Shown: positions 26,520 to 37,612 of the stretch, in pieces
Position numbering within the stretch: the stretch's first letter is position 1
Layout: each line of letters begins with the position of its first letter
Origin: Tubulanus polymorphus
Taxonomy: Eukaryota > Animalia > Nemertea
Reading direction: 5' to 3'
DNA length: 64,000 nt
Assembly: GCF_964204645.1 (NCBI RefSeq)
Contig: NC_134032.1
Coordinates: forward strand, 12,574,275-12,638,274
The notes under the pieces: model-generated
Database searches by the model: none
What the model was told of the DNA's origin: nothing
What the model saw: the letters and a program-made list of their open reading frames with translations, nothing else
Made by a program: the position numbers and the translations under genes

Positions 26520-26900
26520 TTTTATGACACAAGTTTTCCAGGAATTCCCTGCGAAATCGGGTCAAGGCCGACAAAATGGCGGCGCCTACGGATACAAAAA
26601 GCCGGGTTTGATTTTTCAGTGCGGAATGCGGCGTGAAGGTTGCATATTTGTCTACAGCAGTAATGCATGGAGCACGCGTATTTTGTGTTGGTTTTGTGTA
26701 TTCAAAAAAAGAATTAGGTTACGACGCTTACAACTGAGGTTCACGACATTATAAAGACCTGATTAATAATTCCGTAGGAAAGTGCGTCAGAAGATTCGAA
26801 AAAAACGTGCGCGGATTTAAAAAAAAGCATCCCGCCGTCACGTGACGCAATCGGACGAATTACGTCGATATGCAAATGAGGGGGCGTAGCCAGCGGAGGG
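26520..26900. promoter_or_regulatory. Promoter-like region
   Basis: YY1-type CAAAATGGCGG (~26572-26582), perfect GTCACGTGAC (26837-26846), octamer ATGCAAAT (26870-26877), GC box GGGGCG and high CpG density, directly upstream of the candidate exon. Confidence 0.5.
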
Positions 26901-28158
26901 GATATCGTCTGGTGGTTTGCGATGATTTGAATCCTGGGCCTCGCGATGACAGAAATTAATGATAATTTTCTCTCGTCTTCGGAAAAAAATGTGTCTGGAA
27001 TCTCGAACTCGAACGAACGAAGAATTCCCTGTCCGATTATCTGTCTTTCGTGTGCAGAAAACTCGGGATCAGTTGAATCCGCATTTTTTATCTCATCTGA
27101 ATTTACAAGAGATTATGATTCTAATCAAGATTAAGTCTTATAAATCGGACGAATCTTTTACCAACTGATCCAGATAATCGAAATTTGTGTCCGAATTTTC
27201 AGTTTTTTTCCGTCGTACCATGTCGAGTTTTGTATTTTCCGCCGAGTCGGTCACATCCTAAATTCTTCCGAGAAAAGAATTGTTTTGTTCGAAAAAAATA
27301 CTCGGTATTTTTTATTTGGGGAACGAAACTATGTAGCATCGAAAAAATTGAATTAATAAATCATTCGATCTGAATTTTCCAAAAAGGATGATTCGCGTGA
27401 GTGAGTCAAGTCAAAATAAAGAAATAAATTCGAAAACAATTGTAGATGTACCGAAAACAAAATAGATGTATTGATTTTGATCATCTGTGATGAACTCGGT
27501 CTGAAGAATATACATCCATGCAAACTGTGACCGAGTGACGACTTCCCAAACACTCATAGTTCGCGATGAAACTATGCGCAACTTCCTGATTAAAACACGA
27601 ATGATTCTAATCATCGACTATGTGTGAAAAATATTCACTTCGAAACTGTGACCAACTGACGACTTTCACTCTAATAGTTTTACTTAAAACATTGCAATCC
27701 AAGTTAGGATCGATTGTAAAGATAATTGAACCGATGATACTGCCTTAAAGGTCAAGTGTCCTCTAATTCCTACTAGAGATTTACCTTTCAAATGATACAT
27801 GAGTGTATAAATAACGACCTGGGATTTGAAGCAAAACGTTTTATAATCCATGTTTGAACACAACTGATCTTAAACCATCTACTAACTCGGTTTGAAGAAT
27901 ACTTCGGCTATATCCCTTGTCGACGATCCACCAAATGATTTAGATAAAATAAGCATTTTTCTCCCGAGCAGTACCATACATACAATGTAGTCAGTGCCCG
28001 AGAGACGCGTCTTCGAAAAGCTAAGGACTTATAAACCATTACTCCGAATTCTGACGTCAAAATAAATACTTTTATTCATCAAGATATTTCCATCTGTTAT
28101 TTACATCTATAACACACGACATTAAGATTATGGTACGTACGTATATTTTCTAAATGAA

Positions 28159-28300
28159 TACAGTCGAACCCGCTTAATCCGGATCGGCTTATTCCGGATT
28201 TTCATTAATATACAAGAAAATTACCGTTAATCCGAATTTCCCGTAAACCGGATGAATTTTGTTGGTCCCAAACGATCCGAATTAAGCGGATTCTACTGTA
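28159..28300. mobile_element. Tc1/mariner (pogo/Tigger-type) MITE
   Basis: TA|CAGTCGAACCCGCTTAATCCGGATCG ... CGATCCGAATTAAGCGGATTCTACTG|TA. Confidence 0.75.
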
Positions 28301-28559
28301 TTCAAACGCAAGTTCTATTAATCATACGAGGAATAAATGCAGCCCTTCGACATGTGGAATGTGGTTTTCTACGAATTCTGCCTCTACATCGATTTCGAAA
28401 TGAAAATCGCGAACATTGAGATTATCAATTGAATAGGAAGGTTACAAACACCTTACAGATCAAACAAAATTAGACAAACAGTCCAGGTATTCACATTGCG
28501 ATACATGAGCAAAAACCAAAACACAGCTTCACGCTATCCAGAAGATACATTAACATTAA

Positions 28560-28730
28560 TACAGTGGAACCTGGTCAAAACTACCTCGGATATAACGATA
28601 AATGTATACATCGCAAACCTAGAAATTCGTCCCTAATAGGATGATTTCAATAATCTCATACTTGATGTAACGAACTATCGGTTATACATAACATATTTGT
28701 CGGTCCCTTGAATTTCGTTGTTCCATTGTA
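28560..28730. mobile_element. Degenerate pogo/Tigger-type MITE
   Basis: TA|CAGTGGAAC ... GTTCCATTG|TA with internal GGTCCC...TTCGTT shared with the copy at 18667-18841. Confidence 0.55.
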
Positions 28731-29193
28731 CTGTATAAATAAATCTACGAACTGGGTTTGAAGAATATCCAATAGTACAAACGATGACCTGCATTCGATA
28801 GTTTCGACATATTTTGAACGAGAACTAACGAAATAGTGTTACCATTCAATGGGCGAATTAGTTAGAATTTATTCTCAAAATTTTCCTGACGCTGGCATCA
28901 AGAGGTGTGACCTTTATAGTCGTCATCGTTCAGATAAATTCAGTGCACATACAAAGTTTAGCTTCGAACACGGGACACAACAAAAACACTTCGATATCAT
29001 GTAAATGTATATATATATACCTAACAGAACCTTTTATCTATAACTTAAAAGAATCAGGAGCCACGACCAATGTGGCTATAATTTACATGGAGTTCATTTT
29101 ATGGAAATCAGCTGCATGTCTCTAACTAAATGCTCGGAATACACAAAATCCCCATTTTTTGTTTGTTCACAAGTTAAAACCTTTTGTATGAAT

Positions 29194-29369
29194 AAATTCA
29201 ACAATTGTTGAAAGACTAAAAAGTCAGTTTACTTAAAATACTAGAAACATTTTGGTTGGTGGCTACCACCCTTCTTAGTTTTCAGAACTGAAGAAGAGTG
29301 GTAGCAACCACCGGAAATATTTCAAATATTTTGAATCAACTTTTTAGTCTTTCAACAATTGTGGAATTT
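29194..29369. mobile_element. Fold-back element with two degenerate inverted hammerhead motifs
   Basis: Arms ACAATTGTTGAAAGACTAAAAAGT / ACTTTTTAGTCTTTCAACAATTGT. Plus-strand CTGAAGA-AG-aGTGGT-agca-ACCAC-cgGAAATATT at 29288-29321, with a decayed mirror copy on the minus strand. Confidence 0.5.
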
Positions 29370-30231
29370 TTCCATTCATTGTTTCATCGTGGATATTATG
29401 ATCTACTGATTCATTTGTGATAAGAATTATTTACGAAATTCATGATTCAATATTATGTTTCGTTTTCTAATTGAAGCCATTACATGACGACTTGAATATC
29501 CACAATGGCGATTTAATTTTCTAACTATCGTTTCCTTATTTCTCCATCGTACGTCGTTTTATGTTAGTAAAAACAGCAATTGACGTTTAGGATTAAGTAC
29601 AAAATTCCTCATAGTTTAACTACTAAATATCAAATTAAATGTAAAACTAGTTGTTAATACTCGTACGAAAAAGACCCCAAAAACCTCGGAAAAACGTTAC
29701 AGCATAGATCCAACAAAAAACAATTTACTCATATAGAATTTACAGAATTTCATGCACAAACATATCACTTAACAACAGGGCCCAATTTCACAGTTGTTGA
29801 TTTAAAGCTTGATCGAGTTAAGATTTAGTATACCGTACGACTGACTCCCGGACTCAGTTCAACAGTTGTTAGATTTAACGCAGAACTTCGTAAATTTTGG
29901 AATTAATTTTTCGCCAACAACTTTGGAACCGGGCCCGCAAAATTATCACAAGAATGACTAGTAGGTACTCTTCCGATCATGGTCGCCATTTCAATTCATT
30001 TTCATTCTATCCCTGGAATGTTACTTTTCTCAAAAACCGGAAAAAAATCTGGAACGCAATCTCTTCATGAGATGGCCTACAAATATCATTACCGACTCAA
30101 TACTACTCTGAAATCTACCGTAACTTAGTTGTGAGCTGACCATCAGAAGAGGAGCAGCTCGTTCAACCAGTCAGGCGGAGTTTATTTGTACCTGACTAAT
30201 GATAACGATAAACGAAGTGTGGAGAGTTAAA

Positions 30232-33200
30232 CTAATATTTAACGGCTTTTCCGCCCTTCCTGGCGTCGGCGTAAGCGTCGATCGTTTCGTTACTTTTCGA
30301 GACGGCGTTTATGATATTTATCCCCTCGGTAACTTTCTCTAACTTGTGGCCTCTTTGTTGTAGAAACGTGATCACATTAGCCGGAATTCCATCTGAAAAT
30401 TTAATAAACCAGAAAAAATAGTGAGGCTACTGCAGCAATTGAGTCAAGTGAAGATCCACCCAGGATACCCCCATCGATAACGTTTGTTCTGTTTTAAAAT
30501 ACTTTTATTTATGTTTTTGTAATTTATAATTGTAAATGCTCTTTTTCCTCCATATACCATGGAAATAGTTGGAGTGTAATAAATATTTGTATATTCAATG
30601 CTGGATTTTTTCAAGAAAGTTCTTGAGAGTCTGCATTTAACAATTCAACAAAATCTCGACGGATTAGAACAAATAGATAAAGAGACATTACCTTCATATT
30701 CGACTATATCTGGGTATAATTGATTGTGAATTCTGGGTTTATCGATGGCTGTTTTTAGACTCTCTCCTCCCAGCATATAGTTCATAGCCACCTCAAATAT
30801 TCCTGCAGTTAGAAAATACACCATTCAAAATAAGCTAAATACGTAGTTGAGCTGTGGAATTCCGTTTAAGAGTCCAGTTTAGAAAGCTACTTCACAATTT
30901 CAACCACATAAGGCATTTTAGGGTACTTTTGTACAACAAATTATTCTAGAATTTTTTACCTGTTAGTATTTTGGTACCGTTACTGCCACCGAGTGCGAGC
31001 CTCGAACCACATTTATGATTCTCGTTATGTATGAGCGTTGGCGTCATCGCTGATAAGGGGCGCTTCCCTCCTTCTATATAATTTGCCTTTGGATTTATTG
31101 AAGAAAACGAAAAATAATCATTTTTTGAAAACCGGAGAAAAATTAATCATTCTGAAATGTGACAATCAAGGATTCTACAAGTGGCAAGTTGGGATCTACA
31201 AGATGTGCCAGTGTGTTGTAAGACATCATCTATTGTGATGATAAAGGACTCTACCAGGTGTCACTAGTGCGCAGTAGGACATCAACTACTGCGGCAATAG
31301 AGGATTCGACTTGGCGAGTGAGGATCCACCAGATGTCGCTAGTGGGCAGTAGGATATCAATTACTGTGACGATTGTGAAGTAAGTTGTATTCTCAGTGAA
31401 ACCATGCAGGTGGTTAGCTTGTCGAAGAGCTCATGAAACAAATACATAATCCGACTAGTACAATGGATAAATTACCTTTGCAGGAGGCATTCCAAACATC
31501 GAATTCTGTCCAGGTATCGAAAAATCTGCCATTTCGTTATTCAACAGGATTCCACTTTTCGTCATGATCTTCGAACCGAACCAGTAATTTACAGTTCTGT
31601 AAAATAACGAACATCGAAATACAATCGCTTAAACAACTTGTCGATGAAATTCGAGACCATCATTTGAAAATACCGCTCGGAACGAACCCCGAGGCCCTCT
31701 AGTGAGAGAATAATGAACACTTACGATGTGACGGACACGAATACTTCGTCGTTATCAATCACCGATATTTGCGATGTTCCCCTGGAAATCGGCGTCTCGT
31801 AAAATTTCACGTCCTTATTCACAGATTGGTCGCTGATTTTTGCACGGAGCTCGTCGGCGGTCTTCTTACTGAAATTATCAAAAAAGAAATCTAATGGGGG
31901 ATTGTGGCTAGCGAGAGGATCCACCAGGTGTCGCTAGTGTCCAGTAGGACATCAACTACTTTGACAATAGATAATTCCACTTGTGGCATGCGAGGATCCA
32001 CCAGGAGTGACTAGTGTGCAGTAGGATATCAACTACTGCGGCAATAGAGGATTCACCAGGTGCGCTATATACAAACCTAATTATGTAGTCAGTTATATTT
32101 TTCATATTTGAATTGAACGCTGGATCCGCGATTTCAGTTCGCAGACCGTATGAAAACTTGAATGACTGAAACCGAATAATAGAAAATAAATATCTGTACC
32201 GATAATCACCGACAATTTTTCCATTTTTAAACTTTATATGACTAGAAACACAACAAAATAATGCGTGAAAATACCTCAATCATCCTGTGATAGTATAGCG
32301 GATCGGTCAGATCAGAGAGCGTTACGTTAAATCCTTCCATGATATTGAACATAGTTAACATCGCTGCCCCGCTACTCGGAGGGGGTAGGGTATAGATTAT
32401 CTTATCTGTAAAATGAAGATTTCACATGTTTATGAATTTCCAACAATCGACAAATTCTTCCAAGCTACAGGGGCAGGCTTTATTGACAGGGGTTTGTATT
32501 GTGACATCAGATGTCATCAGACTGAAATCACTGCTCAGGGAAGAAGTGTGTAAGGGGCAGGAGACTGGCAGAGTCTCGCTATGTATTCAGGTTCAAATTC
32601 CTGTAAACGACGATGTGTCTCCTAGGGGAGGGATTTGTACTGCGACAGAGTCTCATGTCCGACAAACTATTACCGGCCGCTATTCAAAAAAAGCATATTC
32701 TGGTCGAAACAAACGTGCCAGAAGAGAACTCCAGAATCAGTGAAGACCAATCGAAACCAGCTAAACTTAACCGGCTACTTGAAACAGATTACGCTATTCC
32801 GGACAGGCAGAGTCGATTCATTTCGAGGGGATCAGAAAAGAATCCCTGAATCAGTAGAGACCAGGACGATCAGGACCAGCTGATCAGGATCTTTCCCACG
32901 ACTGAAAACTCACCTTGGAATTTAGTCTGAATCGCTTCTCTTTCGACGACTTTATATTTGACGAGATCGTCGGCGGTCATAGCTCCGTTATCGTTCGTGA
33001 CGGCCGAGACGATATCGTCGGCTAGCGGGCCGACGTAGAACGCGTCGACGCCCTCCGTCGCGATTATCGACAACGTACCGGCCAGGTCGTCACGTCGGAT
33101 GAAATCGCCCTCGCGTACGAAACGATTGTTGTCGCGTATGTAATGTTTCGCCAGCGTCGGGTTCGCGGCGACGTCGCTGAATTTCACGTGACGTTCCAGA

Positions 33201-36200
33201 GAATCGGCTGTAAAATTTTCGATAAAATGAATGCTTCGCGGCGATGATTATCGGCGATATGAGGCGGAATTCGAATCTTTTTTCAGCCGAAATTTGAACG
33301 AGGTAGAAGCAACATCGCAGGTGGATCTAGGAACATTGGACGGCCGCAAGAAAAGGGTCCGGAAGAAAAGGCGTTTCTTGGATAAAGCATATTTCTAAAG
33401 ATTAAAGATTTTCTAAAGATTTCGCAAGGACTCACCGATTTCTTTCGTTACTGTGAAACCGTTCCTCGCGATCTCGATAGACGGTTGAACTAGTTCATTC
33501 CAAGTTAGTCTGTTCGACAAGAAAAAGAATTTAACCAATTTTCACAGAATAAGTCGATGCGATGTGCGAACATGTTCTACATTAGTTGGTAAATTTTGTC
33601 CTCAACAGTTGAAAATGAATCAAGGTCCTGATTGATGAACTCTCAAATTTTCACATTTTTTCATAACTTTTAAACTGGCTCTTTTAATGATTTTTCATAT
33701 TTTTTTTCGCAATTGTTTTAAGCAGGCATCCATATTTCACAGTTTTCAAGCCAATCTGACCCAGGAGAGACCATTCCAATAGCATCATGAGAGTCAGGTT
33801 TAGTCGGGTGCAAACTGTGGATTTATAACAAGTTGTTCTATTATTACTCACTTGCCATATTTCTTGTGAGCCACTTCCATACCTCGTAATTCACCCGGTA
33901 CAGCCACTGAGCCACCGCCCTGAAAAAATAACTATTACTTCAAACACCCATGAAAACTTGAGGTTATGAGGTAAGATCCACTTCCACAGTTCCGAGTTAG
34001 ACTTTAGAGAATAGACTAATTCTAATTCTATTTGTAGTTCATCCCTCGCAACTATGGAACGGGATCCGATCTCCGAGTCCCTACAGATCAGTCGGTGGTT
34101 TTGTTTTTTTATCTCTTTTACACTTCAAGCCTTGGTTTCTATTTTCGTTACCAACTAAATGGGTAAAAAATCCTGGTCCCAACTGTACCGATTTAGGGGT
34201 AATCTACTCTACATCTAGAGACTAGACAAAAATTTCCAATTGCCTATTTCTCAAAACTGGAGGAGCTTCAAAAATCTTGCCCAAATCAAAGGAGATTCAA
34301 GCGCCTGTAAAAGCATTTTCCGTTAAGGAGTTCTAAAGGCGTCGTAGGGACCCGAAGTCTACTGGTATAAACGATGGAGTTCTCACTATAGGTATACTGG
34401 TCAACTTACGCTTTCAGCCAGTTTAGGATTCGCGACATATTTCGAAACGTCGACGTTCAATGGAGCCGTCTCCCTCGCGTCGATCGTACGAGTAGCACCA
34501 GTTTTGTGGTCGTGAACCAACATGAAATGACCCCTGAAACGAATGAATTCATTTAGATCGATATATTCATGCCGCATAAAATGTAAGCTAAAAGTGAGTT
34601 TGACTGTAGTTTTTAAGTAAAATAATCATTTCTCGATTCATTTAAATCAAGTTTGATTCAATGAATTATCGGTTTTGAATACTTTTAATCCGTAAAAAGT
34701 GGTTTTTCATTATATCGTCTTCGCTCCACGTGTGATAGTAGCTATTCTACCATTCACTATAGTTTAGACTATAGTATAGACTAAGTAAAATAATCAATTG
34801 TGGATCGTGAGGTTTTGCTGGAGAAATTCCGATTACGTGAATATGATATGAAGAAAGTTACCCTCCGATTCCTGAACTGTGAGCGTTAATCACTCCGATA
34901 CAGAACATGGCCGCTATGGCAGCATCGACGGCGGAGCCTCCTTTTTGTAAAATATTACGACCGGTTTTCGAACATTGCAACACGCTGGTCGATACAGCTC
35001 CGTGCGGGGGCACCTGAAAAACAGAATAATCAGAATTTAGAATGCAGTAGACACAGTCTCTTACTGCAGTAAAGTTGAAACTGATAAAATTCTAGCCCGA
35101 ATTGGCGCCAAATATTGAGTAAGAGTTTGTAAAATACAGTAGACTCTGTCTCTTGCTGCAGTATAGTTGAGACTTATAAAATTCTAGCCTGAGTTGCTGT
35201 CAAATATTGAGTAAGAGTTTGGAAAATACAGTAGACTCTGTATCTTGCTGCAGTAGAGTTGAGACTTATAAAATTCTAACCTGAGTTGCAGTCAAATACT
35301 GACTAAGAGTTTGTGTAAATACAGAAGACTCTGTCTCTTACTGCGGTTAAGTTGAGACTAGTCAAATTCTACCCTGAGTCGGATGGAGACAAATACTGAA
35401 TAAGAGTTAAACTCACCTGAGGAGGTCCTAGATAGATCTGCAGTATCAGCGCCGTCGTGACGCCCAGTGAGAAAACTAAAGCTGAAATCACTATAACTCG
35501 AAGACCTTGACCTTTCTTCACACATCTAAAAATAGGACGTACACAAAAAAATATTCAAATCTGCAAAATTATAATCCAGACCGCTTTTCAAATGTAGGTA
35601 TCATCTTGCAGTCCCATTCCCTACAGACATTCACTTATATAATGAGAATAATAAGAATGGATGTTCACTTTTTGAAAGTTTGCTGGAAAAATTTTCTTGC
35701 AACAAAATCAGTGTCAATCTTCTGTTAATTTGTGTAGGCCTAGTTCATATTCAATTAAAATTGTCCGAGATAAAATATTGAACACGTGAAATGTGGGCAA
35801 TCAGATTTTGAAAGTGTCCTGATAAAAGTGTCTAATATCTGGTTTTTGTAGTTAATTTTCATTTAAAAATATCTCAGATGAAGTACTGAACACATGTGAA
35901 GTGTGGATGATCACAAATGAGTAAAGAATCAGCCAAAAATCTAAGTAAAGATTTACAATTAAGATTATGAATTAATTAATGTAACCTGGCAGTTTCTTCA
36001 TCATTTTGTTGTTCAGCGTTGGAGGGGGATGTCGAACCACTGCTGGCCCCCGGTCCCGTAGCTGATTTTCGAGCCTGTTCTTTTTGTAACGGTGAGGCTT
36101 CATTTGATAAGCTATCGTTGCTGTTAGATTGAAAATCATTACCAATCAAACCGGCTTTATCATCTAAAATTCAAAACGAACAAACTCAGCATTACTGACC

Positions 36201-36775
36201 AGAACCAATTGACATTCCACCTGTACCATGGCCCCAGAAAGCTGTGAATTGAGTATTCTTGGGGTGATACCTATTGGATTCAATACTTGAAAATATTACT
36301 TTGCTCAATTATAATGTTTCACTTAAAAAATTGATTTGGAAGACAATTGATGATACTGCGTAACTTTCTTGTTTAAACACAAATGATTTTAACAATCTAC
36401 AAACTGGGTATGAAGAATATTCACATCGGTACAGACTGCAGGCGCAGTGGTGGAGCTCCAGGAAGTAATTTTATTTTTGTGCCAACTTTCTACAAACACC
36501 ACTCTTTCTTTCCCCTACTTATTAATAATAGTTTCACTTTAAACCATGTTGGGATATTATCAATTAAACTGACGATAACATATAACGATAGATGGGCTTC
36601 ATTTTGTCACGAGAAGCGTTTTATTGCAACTAAACGTAGATCATACAGACTACATGTAAAAAATCCCGACTCCAAAACCATGCATTTTGTGGCCATTTAC
36701 GGTAGTGATCTTCTTACTAGATTTTAGTGTTGCGTCTACTGTTGCAATTCCATTCGGAGATTCCTTCAAATCCAT
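30232..36775 (-). CDS. GGT7: Gamma-glutamyltransferase / glutathione hydrolase, GGT7-like (type II membrane Ntn-hydrolase), 15 coding exons, ~646 aa
   Basis: Manually spliced GT-AG exons with consistent phase: 36718-36775, 35986-36163, 35417-35525, 34862-35013, 34410-34533, 33852-33919, 33436-33509, 32914-33207, 32275-32405, 32077-32165, 31725-31868, 31476-31596, 30960-31086, 30692-30802, 30232-30392 (TAG). Motifs: [52 protein letters not shown]|TSQISVID (Thr nucleophile), [41 protein letters not shown]. The long cytosolic N-terminus, the TM segment [30 protein letters not shown] and the CG-x-x-LALG segment resemble GGT7 more than GGT1. The first two exons are less certain than the rest. Confidence 0.9.
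31245..31375 (-). repeat. Same minisatellite family in a GGT intron
   Basis: Reverse complement of the 61823-62425 unit (CCAGGTGTCACTAGTGCGCAGTAGGACATCAACTAC...GAGGATCCAC). Confidence 0.8.
31903..32066 (-). repeat. Same minisatellite family in another GGT intron
   Basis: Two units, GAGGATCCACCAGG.GT..CTAGTGT.CAGTAGGA.ATCAACTAC. Confidence 0.8.
35043..35408 (+). repeat. ~92-bp tandem repeat x4 filling most of GGT intron 3
   Basis: CAGTAGACTCTGTCTCTTGCTGCAGTA.AGTTGAGACTTATAAAATTCTAGCCTGAGTTG...CAAATATTGAGTAAGAGTTT repeated. Confidence 0.88.
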
Positions 36776-37612
36776 TTTCTAGGCGTCGAAACGGCTGATA
36801 TTCGAGGTTTTAGCGCTCGCAAAAAAGCAATTAACAGCGAACTGTCAATCTGTCACAGCTCAAGGCTCAACGTGAACCTGCAGATCCTGGCAACGCTCGG
36901 TTCGAATCCCATTAATCGGGAATACCAATCGGCGAATCACTGGGTTCGAACCCGTAACTTCTCGAAAAACATTGAACGAATGCAAAACCCGCAATCCGAT
37001 TTCAAAAGATGAAGTACTTAATATAACCCTTACTTTGGTCTTGATCGCTGTTTCAGGAACTGAGCACCTTATTAAGAGGAGTTCATACCCTGACTACCCA
37101 TACTCAATAAACCACAACCAACAGAATTCATATCCTTTCCATTCCTATAAAGAAATCTCCTCTACCTCACCGAGATTACACAAATAAATAGATCTTTTAA
37201 ATCAAAAAATAGTTTGTTCTTTATTCTGACTTTATGCACAGCATATGAGAAGCCATTTATTATAGAGTATTTAAGTGAAACCAATGGTGTACGACCACCT
37301 TAAATCAACACAACCCAAGTTTTAATTCCAATCAGCTATCATTGTTCCCTATGAATTAGGATCTCTCGACTCAATCAATCTCTAGAGATCATAATGAGGG
37401 GCACCAAACGAATTGAGGATCCTCTCTCTAGAGATCCCTATGAATAAGGGTCCCTTTCATTACTCAAAGATTTTTAAGGGACCTCGAAATCAAAATTCAA
37501 TACATAGTATTAATACAAAATTTGACATATCATTTGACTGCTGAATTTTCAATAGTAAAACGAAAATTCAATTGCGCATTAGTCGACGCCACTTCGCTTG
37601 AAATCCGTTCAC

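Noticed and set aside
26946-27410. Short plus-strand ORFs divergent from the 26.5-26.9 kb promoter
   Set aside because: No homology or consistent exon chain; a divergent non-coding transcript is possible but unsupported.
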